The notes under the pieces were generated by a model, which ran no database searches, was not told where the DNA came from, and worked only from the letters and a program-made list of their open reading frames with translations. A stretch of DNA of 64,000 bases, taken from IMG/VR virus record IMGVR_UViG_3300012933_000323, positions 141,556-205,555 of that record. One strand, given 5' to 3'. The translations under genes and the position numbers were made by a program. This document shows, piece after piece, positions 19,207 to 29,699 of this stretch. Each line of letters opens with the position of its first letter. Position 1 is the first letter of the stretch. This DNA is from a virus (Duplodnaviria > Heunggongvirae > Uroviricota > Caudoviricetes).

Positions 19207-21744
19207 TTACACTCCTTGTGCGAATGTTACACGTTTTAATCTTGGTAAGATATTCTTCTTCAATGCAAAGTTAGGAGAGTTGTAATCAAAGTTCAAATAT
19301 CTATTTTTTCTAAATAGATCCATTTTAATAGGTGAATTTATGTACAACGCTGGCGAAATTTTCTTAAAGATTTTACCTGTTGTTGCGTTAATCTGATCTT
19401 CTGAAATAACAGAATAACCTTCCGTTGTTAAGTAGTAAGAATCAATCGTATAATCGTAGAAACCATCGGTACTATATAAGTAAGCCTTTGGTGTGTTGTA
19501 ATCATACTTAACTTTACCTGAGTCAGAATAACCTTGTGCATCTACGAAGAACTGTAGGTAGATGTATTTCTTATATGAGTTAAACAAGTTATATGAACCA
19601 ACGTATGCGTTAGTCGTAATACTAATCTGATCACCAGCGGTAATCGTAACACCTTGTAAAACAATCTTTGTTACATCGTCAGTTTCATAATACCAACCAC
19701 CCGGTGTATTGTAAGGTAACACAGTATTGTTCTTTTTAATAACTGTATTATTAAATGTTAGGGCTGGAACCAATGCATCTAACTGTGTAGGATCATCTGG
19801 TACAACTTTAACTTTATTGAATACGATAGTAGATTGGCCAGCTGTACATGTAACAGACTCAGCCAGCTTAACACGCATCGGTACGGTAATAACATCTTCG
19901 TTTAACTGTGTGATATTGTTATCGATATCTGCTTGAACTGACGACCAATCTACATATAAGTCTTGACCAGTTTCACCGTTATATTCGATGAAGTTCGGAG
20001 TATCAATTTTTGGAAGCACATTATATAACAAGTACCCGTCGTTATCAAAATATGTCTCAAACGGTACCGCTAATGGTACATAGATATCTCTATATTCTGA
20101 AAGATAGTTTTCACGCGCAACGTTCTTTTGAGTTAATAATAACTTTGTAGATACCGTGCTATTGAAACCAGTTACATCTGTTAGTACAGTGTCAATTCTC
20201 TTCTTTAATGAAGAATGGAAGTATTCAACTTCAAACTGTTCCATCTTAACTGTATCCCCAGCACCAGTAAAGAACTTGTCAATTACGTTAAATACGTTTT
20301 GGTGAATATCAGATTTTGAATCAGCAATGTTGTATTTAAGAATACTTAAATCAAACTCAAAGTCTAAATATAATGGGTGACGTGTATGGAATTCTAATGT
20401 TGGAATCTTATAGTTATCAAGAATATCCCAAACGCCTGGTTGAATTAACTGGCCATCTTCCGTAAATTCGTATGAACGAATTTCTGAATCCTCAATATAT
20501 CTAGCACTATAAAATGCATTCGCCGTAGTTAGCTGAGCCTCATATGCACCAGGATTATTGATTGGATCCAAGCTTGGTGACAAAGAATAGTCCCATGATA
20601 GATCACCCCAATTATCTAGCTTATATTCGGTATTAAACTGGTCAGATGAGAACGTTCTTGCATAGCGTGATGGTAAGAATGAGAACCAAATATGACCAGG
20701 GCACTTTGGATATTCATCGTCACCACCCCAAACTAATGATGCTTTAACTGATGTTTGGCGATTACAGATAGCTTCATAGTCTGACTTTGTAACAGCGCGG
20801 TTTGCAGAGTTGTAAAACTTTGGCGCGTTAGCCTTAATGCTTTCTAATGATTCTTCGTCAGTGCCTTCTGAATAAATTTCAACCGCGGTAACAGTTGCGC
20901 CATCAATTGTATGGCCAACACCAGCAGGGTTGTTAATATCAAGCATCGCACCAGCAACACCAGATGTTGTTAGTACGTTCATTTCAACAATTGATCCAAC
21001 ACGCAAACCTGAACCAACACCCGCGAACTTAAAGTAAATCTTTGGTGTGCCGAACTCGATATCATCCAAGCGTACAAATTCTTTTCTTAACACGGTATCA
21101 GAGTCAATCATGAATTGTGCAGCTTTTGCCCACTCTTCACGTTGAACCAGATTACCGTAATCATCGTAGTAAGTTACATAAACTTCAATACCGTTTTCTT
21201 CAACATCAACAAAAGGGATTTCGATATAGTATTGTGGGATAGTAGCGCCAGTTCCATCCGTAATAGTTGTGGTTACAACTACTAATGAATCTGGATTATC
21301 AGAATATTTGTGCAACGTACCTTCAATCACTGGTAATTGAATTGTATAGCCGTCATCAACACCAACAAGCTCAATCTGCTTGCCCATGTAGTAATATGTA
21401 TGTCCACCTTCTGTAAATTCTGTGAACTTTGGAATTGTGTGGTTGCCAGCGGTCAATGATAGTGTCAACAGATAAACATGTGACTGTTTATGTTGAATTT
21501 CATAGCCAAGCGCACGTGCATCTTGCAGAGCGTTGTTTCGTCTTGTGGCCAACGGTAAAATTGTTTCGTTAACGTTGATCGCAGTGTTAACGTTCAGCAT
21601 GCTTGTTAAATAAGCCATTGCCGTGATTAATTGCGATGTGTTGGAACCTTCAGCAATGTCAAATCCAGCATCAGCGAATTTGGTTTGAAGTCCTGCGTAT
21701 AACTGATCAAAATTAAATGGAACTGTTTTGGTGATTTCTGCCAT
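19207..21744 (-). CDS. gp6: Baseplate wedge subunit gp6
   Basis: EGSNTSQLI, LATRRNNALQDARALGY, ESLESIKANAPKFYNSANRAVTKSDY, VWGGDDE. Confidence 0.92.
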   Translation of the reverse strand: MAEITKTVPFNFDQLYAGLQTKFADAGFDIAEGSNTSQLITAMAYLTSMLNVNTAINVNETILPLATRRNNALQDARALGYEIQHKQSHVYLLTLSLTAGNHTIPKFTEFTEGGHTYYYMGKQIELVGVDDGYTIQLPVIEGTLHKYSDNPDSLVVVTTTITDGTGATIPQYYIEIPFVDVEENGIEVYVTYYDDYGNLVQREEWAKAAQFMIDSDTVLRKEFVRLDDIEFGTPKIYFKFAGVGSGLRVGSIVEMNVLTTSGVAGAMLDINNPAGVGHTIDGATVTAVEIYSEGTDEESLESIKANAPKFYNSANRAVTKSDYEAICNRQTSVKASLVWGGDDEYPKCPGHIWFSFLPSRYARTFSSDQFNTEYKLDNWGDLSWDYSLSPSLDPINNPGAYEAQLTTANAFYSARYIEDSEIRSYEFTEDGQLIQPGVWDILDNYKIPTLEFHTRHPLYLDFEFDLSILKYNIADSKSDIHQNVFNVIDKFFTGAGDTVKMEQFEVEYFHSSLKKRIDTVLTDVTGFNSTVSTKLLLTQKNVARENYLSEYRDIYVPLAVPFETYFDNDGYLLYNVLPKIDTPNFIEYNGETGQDLYVDWSSVQADIDNNITQLNEDVITVPMRVKLAESVTCTAGQSTIVFNKVKVVPDDPTQLDALVPALTFNNTVIKKNNTVLPYNTPGGWYYETDDVTKIVLQGVTITAGDQISITTNAYVGSYNLFNSYKKYIYLQFFVDAQGYSDSGKVKYDYNTPKAYLYSTDGFYDYTIDSYYLTTEGYSVISEDQINATTGKIFKKISPALYINSPIKMDLFRKNRYLNFDYNSPNFALKKNILPRLKRVTFAQGV

Positions 21745-21766
21745 GTTTAACCTTATTTTTGAAAAA

Positions 21767-21774
21767 TATTTATA
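21767..21774 (-). promoter_or_regulatory. Late promoter TATAAATA
   Basis: Exact match upstream of gp6. Confidence 0.7.
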
Positions 21775-21776
21775 TG

Positions 21777-22130
21777 TTATTGTGTAAGCGCTACTGAGAT
21801 TTGTTCGTTGACATCTAGACCTTTATCTCTATATATGTAACTAATCGTCGCAATAACTTTGTTGTATTCAGGAACTGCCTCAACACCAACATCCACGACA
21901 ATGATACGTTTTTCCCATCTTGCTAATGCTTCTTTGATGAATCTAGCAAGAATGCCTTTCGTAACGGAATCAATCTGACTAAATAATACTTCTTCAATTC
22001 TTGAGCCGAATTCAGGCTTGCCAGGAAGCGAACCCTTCCTAGTTAGTAGAATATTTTTGATTGCATTATTGATGGCTGCCGCATCAGTGACAGTTGTATT
22101 AACTTTTCTGTAGTCGGTATAAAGTGCCAT
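21777..22130 (-). CDS. gp25: Baseplate wedge / sheath initiator gp25
   Basis: AIKNILLTRKGSLPGKPEFGS...LARWEKRI. Confidence 0.92.
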   Translation of the reverse strand: MALYTDYRKVNTTVTDAAAINNAIKNILLTRKGSLPGKPEFGSRIEEVLFSQIDSVTKGILARFIKEALARWEKRIIVVDVGVEAVPEYNKVIATISYIYRDKGLDVNEQISVALTQ

Positions 22131-22157
22131 AGATTAATCCTTTGTTATCGGTTTATC

Positions 22158-22165
22158 TATTTATA
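22158..22165 (-). promoter_or_regulatory. Late promoter TATAAATA
   Basis: Exact match upstream of gp25. Confidence 0.65.
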
Positions 22166-22183
22166 TTTAAGAAAGTAAATTTT

Positions 22184-22504
22184 TTAGCCAGCGTTGACGG
22201 TGCTTTGTCCGGGTTGAATAATATTTGATCCATCACCTGCGTAGTTATCGCCAACTCGTCCAACTCCCTTGCCGTTGACTTTAACCTTAGATGAAAATGA
22301 TGATAGCGCTGGCTGTTCTGGTAAGCACCCAGACTTGTTATGTGATTGCATCTTATCACCTTCACGAACTACACCTTTGCCGTTAATAAAGACATTCGAA
22401 GAACATTCGAGTGTAGCGCTGGTCATAGGTAGTGAACACCCAGGACCAGAACCTGTTGCTGAAAGAACAGGATTTCCGCCATTACCAGTTGCTATTGCTG
22501 CCAT
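22184..22504 (-). CDS. PAAR-like spike tip protein (gp5.4-like)
   Basis: SSNVFINGKGVVREGD...SSKVKVNGKGVGRVGD...GQSTVNAG. Confidence 0.85.
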   Translation of the reverse strand: MAAIATGNGGNPVLSATGSGPGCSLPMTSATLECSSNVFINGKGVVREGDKMQSHNKSGCLPEQPALSSFSSKVKVNGKGVGRVGDNYAGDGSNIIQPGQSTVNAG

Positions 22505-22505
22505 A

Positions 22506-23174
22506 TTAATTTAAGTTAATTGCTGTTGCATGGACAGTATGAGCACCACCGTTGTTTACGGTTTGAGACCCACCTGTAGTAATATTTAAATTACCACCAA
22601 TATTCCATGTTGCATTTGCAGAGATATCATATTCAATATCGCCAACACTACTGACTTTAATTTTGCCTGACGGTTCAATTAGAACATATGATCCTGACTT
22701 ATGCGTAACTTTAACGCGTTCATCGCCAGGAGTATCATCTAACTCAATGATATGACCTGACTCAGTTTCAAGTACAGCCAATGTTTGATATTTGCTATCT
22801 AATAATGGGTGCATATCTGATCGGTTTTCTCTACCAGCTTTCGGGTACTTACCGTCAGGATCACTAAATCCACCAGATTTTTTACCTGACTGTTTGGCGA
22901 TCAATACACCAATTACAATCGGTTTATTTGGGTTATCATCATTTAGAACAACCCATACCCATGTACCCTTTCTTAATACAGAAGACGTCCCAACACCAGA
23001 TACTAATCCGAATGATGTATCACCCATTACTTCAGCCCATGGAAGATCACCAGAAGTAACTGCACCAAATCCACCAGAAGTTGTTTCTGGGTGGATGCCG
23101 ATGATACGAACTCTTACACGTCCGTATTTCTCAGGGTCTTTATTGTCTTCAACTACTGCTCTATATAACTTCAT
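22506..23174 (-). CDS. gp5: Baseplate central spike gp5 (OB-fold + short beta-helix, no lysozyme)
   Basis: AVVEDNKDPEKYGRVRVRIIGIH, LPWAEV, ETESGHIIELDDTPGDERV..HKSGS. Confidence 0.88.
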   Translation of the reverse strand: MKLYRAVVEDNKDPEKYGRVRVRIIGIHPETTSGGFGAVTSGDLPWAEVMGDTSFGLVSGVGTSSVLRKGTWVWVVLNDDNPNKPIVIGVLIAKQSGKKSGGFSDPDGKYPKAGRENRSDMHPLLDSKYQTLAVLETESGHIIELDDTPGDERVKVTHKSGSYVLIEPSGKIKVSSVGDIEYDISANATWNIGGNLNITTGGSQTVNNGGAHTVHATAINLN

Positions 23175-24346
23175 TTCTTCTTCCTTGGCTTTTGTGCATC
23201 TAAGCGGCACAGGACAATCTTATGAATTAGTTTATCGCCAATAATTCGATCACCAACTGATGCGATGAAATAATTACCACTTGATAACGTATCACCTTCG
23301 AGTTGTGTTGAATTGTACATGTTATTACCTTTCAATAACACTTTAGCGGATGTTCCAACGTTTGAATACTTTAATGAACCAGGTACTACAATAGACAGGT
23401 TATTGTTTCTCATGTATGTTTCTAGCACATCAAAGTTTTGACTTCCAGTTTCAACGTTTGCCTGTGTACCGTATCTTTCGCCAATAGTTTGTTGCAGGCC
23501 AGTAGTATCCATTGTGTTCATGGCCATGGATTTTGAAGCTTCAGTTAAATTGACAGTTTTATCAATGATTGTTTTTGTCCCGTCAAATCTAAATGTTTTC
23601 TCCACTGGCTTTACTAGGTTTGTTTCCAATGATGGATTACTATCTTCATGCATGTCGTGAATCTTGAACAAGTACTCATTATTCATGGTATTGTTCGTGT
23701 ACGTAAGTGCATCACCATTTGGATCTTTTAGCGGTTCAATTGCAGCTGGGACAATTTCTTTAATATGAAAAGTTGTTCTATCTTGCCACATGCGGATATT
23801 ATCTTGTCTAAAGATAGTACTAAAAAAGTCAAACACAGATTGGCCAGCCGTTACTGTAAATGATTGAAGCGTGCTTGTATCAACAATGTCATACGTCATC
23901 TTGTCAGATTTGATTATTGTGTCAATCCCAAGATGTGTCAAGTACTTCTTAAATGCATTCACTGGTGTATCAGTAAAACTTTTACCAATATATGCGTTCT
24001 TTAGAATAAAAGAGATCTCATCCATGAATTGAATATCGAATACTTTAAAGCGTTCACCAGCCTGAATAGCATTCATTTGTGTAATTCTATATGTACGAAT
24101 CGTCTTATCTTTTAAGAAGTCCTGCATTGAAATTACAATCTTATTCTTACCAGTGAATAACAATTTTCCGCCGTTATTCAAATCAAACGAGTCTTTGATT
24201 TTTATAGTTCCGGTAAAACCAAAATTAAAGAAGTCGCTCTTAAGCTCCAATGAAACAATTTCATCGGTCATAATTTCAAAGCCGTCAATCTTTATACTCA
24301 AATGTTTGAGTACAGTGTTATTATGAAATATTTTTTCAAAAGACAT
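23171..24346 (-). CDS. Baseplate hub protein, gp27-like
   Basis: Position between gp53 and gp5, size, and C-terminal SGNYFIASVGDRI. Confidence 0.65.
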   Translation of the reverse strand: MSFEKIFHNNTVLKHLSIKIDGFEIMTDEIVSLELKSDFFNFGFTGTIKIKDSFDLNNGGKLLFTGKNKIVISMQDFLKDKTIRTYRITQMNAIQAGERFKVFDIQFMDEISFILKNAYIGKSFTDTPVNAFKKYLTHLGIDTIIKSDKMTYDIVDTSTLQSFTVTAGQSVFDFFSTIFRQDNIRMWQDRTTFHIKEIVPAAIEPLKDPNGDALTYTNNTMNNEYLFKIHDMHEDSNPSLETNLVKPVEKTFRFDGTKTIIDKTVNLTEASKSMAMNTMDTTGLQQTIGERYGTQANVETGSQNFDVLETYMRNNNLSIVVPGSLKYSNVGTSAKVLLKGNNMYNSTQLEGDTLSSGNYFIASVGDRIIGDKLIHKIVLCRLDAQKPRKKK

Positions 24347-24828
24347 TACTTAAAGTATCCTGCTTCGTAGCCACCTTGGATGAATGCTTGAATCTTTGAT
24401 GGTCTTACAATTTTTATAATTCTAAATGTTTCGTTATCTGCAACATATTTAGCTCTAAAAGATTTTAGCATTGCGTCTCTTGTAATTTCAGGAAGTCTAT
24501 TATTTTTGTTAATTTCTTTCTCGTACTTAGCAGTCTTATAGTCTGCCATGTTTAATAATGTGTCATAGTCGTATGGCATATCAAACAACGCGTTCTTTTT
24601 ATTAATGATTAATAGAATGTCCCAATAATCAGCGTCGCCATATACATCCAATGATACCTTTTCAAGTTTATCATTATCTTGCAGTTGATACCAGTCAAAC
24701 CAATCTGACGGGCATTTTGAAATGTATTCGTTGATTTTTGGAAAATCTAATGTGAAATAATCCTCAGCATCATATTCTCCAATTACACGATTATCAAAAT
24801 TAAGAATTGAATTTTTTAAATACGGCAT
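24346..24828 (-). CDS. gp53: Baseplate wedge protein gp53 (LysM-like)
   Basis: YQLQDNDKLEKVSLDVYGDADYWDILLIIN. Confidence 0.85.
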   Translation of the reverse strand: MPYLKNSILNFDNRVIGEYDAEDYFTLDFPKINEYISKCPSDWFDWYQLQDNDKLEKVSLDVYGDADYWDILLIINKKNALFDMPYDYDTLLNMADYKTAKYEKEINKNNRLPEITRDAMLKSFRAKYVADNETFRIIKIVRPSKIQAFIQGGYEAGYFK

Positions 24829-24831
24829 ATA

Positions 24832-25731
24832 TTAGGTCCTTGGGACTGTGTAATAGTCTTCCATTGTTGTCATATCTACTTCTTGCCAACTTAGGTTCAT
24901 TGACATGTGTTTTGGAATACCATCACCAAACTGTTGCATTGCACCATCAGCACCATAATCAATAGTAATATTCTTTAGAACGACTCTGTCAAACTTAGCC
25001 ATAGCAGAAATGTATGGGTTACTAATTTCGATATTAAAAAAGTACGGTGCCATTAATGAAACACCACCAACCATTTTTGATGGTGATGAATACTGTTTTA
25101 GTTTCATTACAATCATAATGATATCATTAGCTTCTTTTGGACTATTTGGAATTAAGTCAAATGTCATGTTAAATGACCTTGGTTCTGAGCCGCTATAGTT
25201 TTGGAAATAACCAGGATCAATTAATGGCTTTCTTAAACCAGCGGCTGAAGATGCTGCACCAATCATTTTATCGGCACTAATACCCTTCGCAGAATCCGCA
25301 ATGCCTTGTCCAACGCTACCAATCTTACCACCAATCTTACCAAGTGCTTTGCCAACTACATCGCTTGGACTTGATTTCATAATGTTTGCACCGATAGTGC
25401 CTAGAATACCGGTTTCGGTGCTCCAAGAATGTGACTGAGCGTCTGCAAATGCATTTGGTAATGGCAGTACGATTGTCCCCATTGACTCACCGTCCATCGC
25501 CTTAGATGATGCATCCTGATTAGCCTTAATGTCAAGAATTGATTCTGCTTCTTTAACAATAAAGTCAGTACCTTTCTTAAAAGAATCAATGGCTGCTTCA
25601 TAAGCTGCACCAGCGCTTGAAACCTGGTGTGGTTTCATAATTGTAATTGTGACTCTTCTACTATCGTACTTAGAATCTCTAATATCGCTAGGATATGCAT
25701 AAACATTATCCATAGTTTGTTTTGTAGCCAT
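24832..25731 (-). CDS. gp48: Baseplate tail-tube cap gp48
   Basis: IVLPLPN, YSGSEPRSFNMTFDLIPNSPKEA, VVLKNITIDYG, DGIPKHMSMNLSWQE. Confidence 0.8.
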   Translation of the reverse strand: MATKQTMDNVYAYPSDIRDSKYDSRRVTITIMKPHQVSSAGAAYEAAIDSFKKGTDFIVKEAESILDIKANQDASSKAMDGESMGTIVLPLPNAFADAQSHSWSTETGILGTIGANIMKSSPSDVVGKALGKIGGKIGSVGQGIADSAKGISADKMIGAASSAAGLRKPLIDPGYFQNYSGSEPRSFNMTFDLIPNSPKEANDIIMIVMKLKQYSSPSKMVGGVSLMAPYFFNIEISNPYISAMAKFDRVVLKNITIDYGADGAMQQFGDGIPKHMSMNLSWQEVDMTTMEDYYTVPRT

Positions 25732-25742
25732 ACCAATCCTCT

Positions 25743-27731
25743 TTAACTAAATAGACTTAATAATCTATCTTGCCCATAATTTTCTTGTGGTTTTGAACTA
25801 TTTATACTCTGATTAATCACTGGGACTATTGTGTTCATTGCCTTGGCCTGTGTTCCAGTATCATAAGCAACGGTTTGTGCAGTTAGATTTTGGTTAGTTT
25901 GATTTACTACACTTTCCTTTTTGTCTTTACTAGATTCCGCGGAAGCTTCTGTTTGCGGAGACGCTTTAGTCGTATCTGCTGACGCAACTTTCACATCAGA
26001 TGTCTTCTGCGGAACTACCCCAGAACCGGTATTCTTTGACGTAGTCGCGGTTGTTGCTGTTGCTGCACCACCGCCACTTGGCATTGTCGCATCATCGTCT
26101 TTACCAGCACGAACCATCGCAACAATTTCTGGTGCTCTATTACCAACCTGTGAATACCATTTACTATCCTCAAGGCTCTTTGCTGCTTGTGCAGTATCAC
26201 CTTCAGAAATACTCTTAGTAAAGTTTGGCCATTTCTTATACCACTTACCGCCCATGTTAAATGTCAAATCTGTTAATGCGCCTTGACCAACTTGGTTTAA
26301 ATCTGAGAATCCTGGAATTTGTTCAGCAGCCTTTTTATGCACAGCATAGTCTTCTTCGAACAGTGCGTTCACTTCATCATCTGAAAATGTGCGATCCCAA
26401 TCAGGTGGCAAAATCTTTCCATCACCAATTAAGTGACCGACACCAACTGTCCATAAACCCAATGAATCTTTATATGGTTTATTACGAACGCCTTCATGGC
26501 GCTTAATCATTGATTTAATATCTTCGTCACCACTAATTGGTGTTACCGTGCCAACACCAAGTGCTGCATAGTTTTTAGCTTGCATCACGCCACGACCACC
26601 ACCAACTTGCATTGCACCTTCTGAAAAGTTTGATTCTGGTGCTGGTGCTTTAAATGCGTTCGGATCATTTACGACATTTGGTGATGACGCCGATGGTTGA
26701 ATATCTGGAGTTCTCTCAGCTTTTTCTCTATCAGTCTTAATAAGTTTTAATCTGTTTAAATCATCATCATGCCAATCATCAATGTCAATAATTTTTTGAA
26801 TTTCTTTAGATGATAATCGTGTTAAGCTTGTCCAATCTTTAACAGCTGAGTTACCTATTGAGTGATGAGCAATAATACCCGCTTTCTCATATTTGTTAAT
26901 CGTGTCGTTACCACCAAATAGATTATTAATTCCTTTTGATGTATCTTTGGCATCAGCTAAACCAAATGTTAATCCGGAAATTGCACTGCCTGCGGCTGAT
27001 GATGCCTTTTGACCGGTGGTTGCTTCTTCACCTTCATCTAAATCAAATGTTTCGCCAGCGTTATCCCAACCTTCTTTAGCATCATAGGCGGCCATACCCG
27101 CGGCAACAATTGCGCCGACAGGACCAGCAAATTTCAACGCACCAGCAAGTGCTTTACCAGCAACTCTACCGCCGACCTTTGTTGCGGCTTTACCAGCACC
27201 TTTGCCACCCTTTGGAATCTTTGAAGTTTTCTTTGGTAGTTTCTTTCCAGTTTTATCTGTAGGTTTCTCACCTTTACCGGTTCCTTTTCCTGGCGTTTTT
27301 GATTTCTTAGATTTGCGGTCTGGCAAATCAATATCTAAACCTAAACCACCAGTGTCGTCATTCGCGGCTTCTTCAGGTAAACTTACACTGTCGTTTGCCG
27401 ATGTAGTAATAGGTTTAATGACGGGAGATGCTTTTGCTACGGATTTAATGGATGTATCTTGCTCATCCAACATATCTTTTTGAATTTTTGCAAGGATACC
27501 AAGAATCTTATTATTTGTAACTAATAGTTTATCAAAGACAGGATTCTTTTTAGGATCGGCCTGTTCAGGCATTGCCTGATTATTCATTAGGTAACCTAAC
27601 TGCTTGGCTGCGGCTGACTCACCCTTCTCTTGAAGGTACTTATATAGTTGTTCGTTCGTTTCTTGGATCTTTTCAGCCGTAGCTGTGTCTGGATTTATTT
27701 TTCTATCGAACTTTTTTACTTGACGCTTCAT
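25743..27731 (-). CDS. Tape-measure / hub (gp29-like) protein with internal T4-type lysozyme domain
   Basis: Gly/Ala-rich amphipathic segments. IKRHEGVRNKPYKDSLGLWTVGVGHLI gives the E-x8-D-x5-T triad. Also ALTDLTFNMG and SKWYSQVGNRA. Confidence 0.8.
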   Translation of the reverse strand: MKRQVKKFDRKINPDTATAEKIQETNEQLYKYLQEKGESAAAKQLGYLMNNQAMPEQADPKKNPVFDKLLVTNNKILGILAKIQKDMLDEQDTSIKSVAKASPVIKPITTSANDSVSLPEEAANDDTGGLGLDIDLPDRKSKKSKTPGKGTGKGEKPTDKTGKKLPKKTSKIPKGGKGAGKAATKVGGRVAGKALAGALKFAGPVGAIVAAGMAAYDAKEGWDNAGETFDLDEGEEATTGQKASSAAGSAISGLTFGLADAKDTSKGINNLFGGNDTINKYEKAGIIAHHSIGNSAVKDWTSLTRLSSKEIQKIIDIDDWHDDDLNRLKLIKTDREKAERTPDIQPSASSPNVVNDPNAFKAPAPESNFSEGAMQVGGGRGVMQAKNYAALGVGTVTPISGDEDIKSMIKRHEGVRNKPYKDSLGLWTVGVGHLIGDGKILPPDWDRTFSDDEVNALFEEDYAVHKKAAEQIPGFSDLNQVGQGALTDLTFNMGGKWYKKWPNFTKSISEGDTAQAAKSLEDSKWYSQVGNRAPEIVAMVRAGKDDDATMPSGGGAATATTATTSKNTGSGVVPQKTSDVKVASADTTKASPQTEASAESSKDKKESVVNQTNQNLTAQTVAYDTGTQAKAMNTIVPVINQSINSSKPQENYGQDRLLSLFS

Positions 27732-28417
27732 TTAGTCATGTCCTCGCGAGTTTTATTTAAAAGACTAATCAAAATAGTTCTTTCAAATGGATAAAGTGTA
27801 TCTATATCCTGCTTTGTATATTTACCAAAGAATGTTAAATCATTATATGTTTGGTAAATACTCATCAATGAATCTTCGCTCATATTATCTACAACAAATT
27901 CTGGTTTATCAATTCTAATGTGATTTTGTTGACTACATTTCTGACATAGAATTGGTTTTCTAAAATCAAACTTCGTAATTGTATTCTGCGCTTCTTTATA
28001 AAGCTTTTCATATTGGTCAAGTTCTAAATCATCAATATTGACATTTAAAAAGTCTTGGAAGTTGTCTTCTGTTAACTTCTTAAATTGATCTTTAATTAAT
28101 TCATTAGTAACGTTACCAGAAATAATCGTATCAGAAATGCTTAGTGTATTTTCATTCGCAGAATCACAATGCTTGCACTTAAACTTCAAATGAATCTCAT
28201 CACCAACAGAAATTTCTCTGTACTTATACAGCATAGCAATCTTTTCATCTGACGTCAACGCTAATAAGTCACTTGGATCTACACCACAAATTTCTAAGGC
28301 ATTATCAAGATTCGGCTCACTGATTGTACCCAACAACAATAATTCTTTTTCTTGTGATGTCGTAAAAGGTGCAATGTTGAACTTCTTACCGCTGTACTCG
28401 TACTTTACTTTAATCAT
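27728..28417 (-). CDS. Baseplate hub assembly protein, gp26/gp51-like
   Basis: APFTTSQEKELL, REISVGD, CKHC and CQKC. C-terminal DIDTLYPFERTILISLL is gp51-like. Confidence 0.75.
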   Translation of the reverse strand: MIKVKYEYSGKKFNIAPFTTSQEKELLLLGTISEPNLDNALEICGVDPSDLLALTSDEKIAMLYKYREISVGDEIHLKFKCKHCDSANENTLSISDTIISGNVTNELIKDQFKKLTEDNFQDFLNVNIDDLELDQYEKLYKEAQNTITKFDFRKPILCQKCSQQNHIRIDKPEFVVDNMSEDSLMSIYQTYNDLTFFGKYTKQDIDTLYPFERTILISLLNKTREDMTK

Positions 28418-29091
28418 TATCTATCCCATGATTCTGGAAAGAAACCAGGCAAGTCATCAAATTCAAAGTGCTCAGTATTATTACAGTGTGGGCACTGCAC
28501 TTCATATACATTATTCAACTTGAATCTCATGTCTTCCCACTTACTGATTATTTTTTCAAACACGTCTGCATCCAATTCATTAATGATTTCATTCAACTGC
28601 TGAAATGAATAACCATCGTTATCATTGTATGAACCAATATGTAAGATGAAATCAATTAAGTACTTTTCATCAGGCGTATCTGCATTAGTAATTGCACCTT
28701 CATAGAATTCTCTATTTCTAAGGTCTGTCATTGTAAAGATATGATTCTTAAAAATAATATCATCATAAGGTAGAAACTCAGCACTCATAATAACATTTAG
28801 GTCAGCCGTGAAATCATATAATTGTTCACACTTAACGCATTTAAAAGTGTAATGAACTTTATCTTCCAATGATGTTTCTCGAATCTTCATTAGTAAGTAC
28901 TTATATTCTTCTTCACTTAATGCAATATCTTTATCTTCTAAACAATCATATACCAATGCTTCGCGTAACGCTTGCTTATCTTCTCCAGAATTCAAGAATT
29001 TCTTTTTATCCTTGACTTTCCACTTTCTGAACTTAATTTCGGTATCGCGAAGTTTAGTTGAATATTCGTATTTTTCTTCCATCATTCTCAT
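28417..29091 (-). CDS. Baseplate hub assembly protein gp26-like
   Basis: FRKWKVKDKK, YLLMKIRETS, CVKC, CPHC, DLPGFF. Confidence 0.78.
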   Translation of the reverse strand: MRMMEEKYEYSTKLRDTEIKFRKWKVKDKKKFLNSGEDKQALREALVYDCLEDKDIALSEEEYKYLLMKIRETSLEDKVHYTFKCVKCEQLYDFTADLNVIMSAEFLPYDDIIFKNHIFTMTDLRNREFYEGAITNADTPDEKYLIDFILHIGSYNDNDGYSFQQLNEIINELDADVFEKIISKWEDMRFKLNNVYEVQCPHCNNTEHFEFDDLPGFFPESWDR

Positions 29092-29099
29092 CCTCTCAA

Positions 29100-29624
29100 T
29101 TAATTATTTGATAGTTTTGGTGTAGTGCACTTGAATTGAACAGTGAATTCCGCAATCTGTGCTTCTGTGTTGTTACTGAATTGTAGTTGTGAAACAGATT
29201 CAATCATCGTATTTTCAAATTCATATAGTTTCTTTTCTTTTTCGCCCCAATAATCCGCATCTTTATATAAAGAAATATTCATTTTGACGTTATCGAAATA
29301 GTCTCGTTTCTGTAAAAAGTAAGCGGTAACAAACTTTTTATAGTATTTCATTTGATCTTGGTCTCTAAATGTGATACTGAATCTGTAAAGTTCATCACGA
29401 CCAGAGTGGACTTTCCATCTATCGGCAACAAATACCTCAATAGATTGGTTAGAGAATTGCGGTGTATCAATAGAAACAATGTTTAAGTTGATGTTTTCTT
29501 CGTCAGCATTTGTCCATCCGATAGCACGCTTAATCGGACCAGCAAACTGAATATGTGTTCTGAATGAGTTGACGTAAGACCATTTAGTCTCGTACGCCTT
29601 TAGTAAACCTTTTGCCAAATCCAT
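29100..29624 (-). CDS. Tail-tube-fold protein (gp54/gp19-like)
   Basis: IVSIDTPQFS, FSITFRD, SVSQLQFSNNTEAQIAEFTVQF. ATG 29624 follows GGAG. Confidence 0.65.
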   Translation of the reverse strand: MDLAKGLLKAYETKWSYVNSFRTHIQFAGPIKRAIGWTNADEENINLNIVSIDTPQFSNQSIEVFVADRWKVHSGRDELYRFSITFRDQDQMKYYKKFVTAYFLQKRDYFDNVKMNISLYKDADYWGEKEKKLYEFENTMIESVSQLQFSNNTEAQIAEFTVQFKCTTPKLSNN

Positions 29625-29650
29625 GATTTTAGCTCCTATCTTATTGTTAT

Positions 29651-29678
29651 TATTTATACGATCCGGATAGTATAAATA
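29651..29678. promoter_or_regulatory. Divergent late promoter pair forming a 28-bp palindrome
   Basis: TATTTATAc-g-atccggat-a-gTATAAATA. Confidence 0.75.
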
Positions 29679-29699
29679 TAGAAAATAAAAGGAGAGGGT

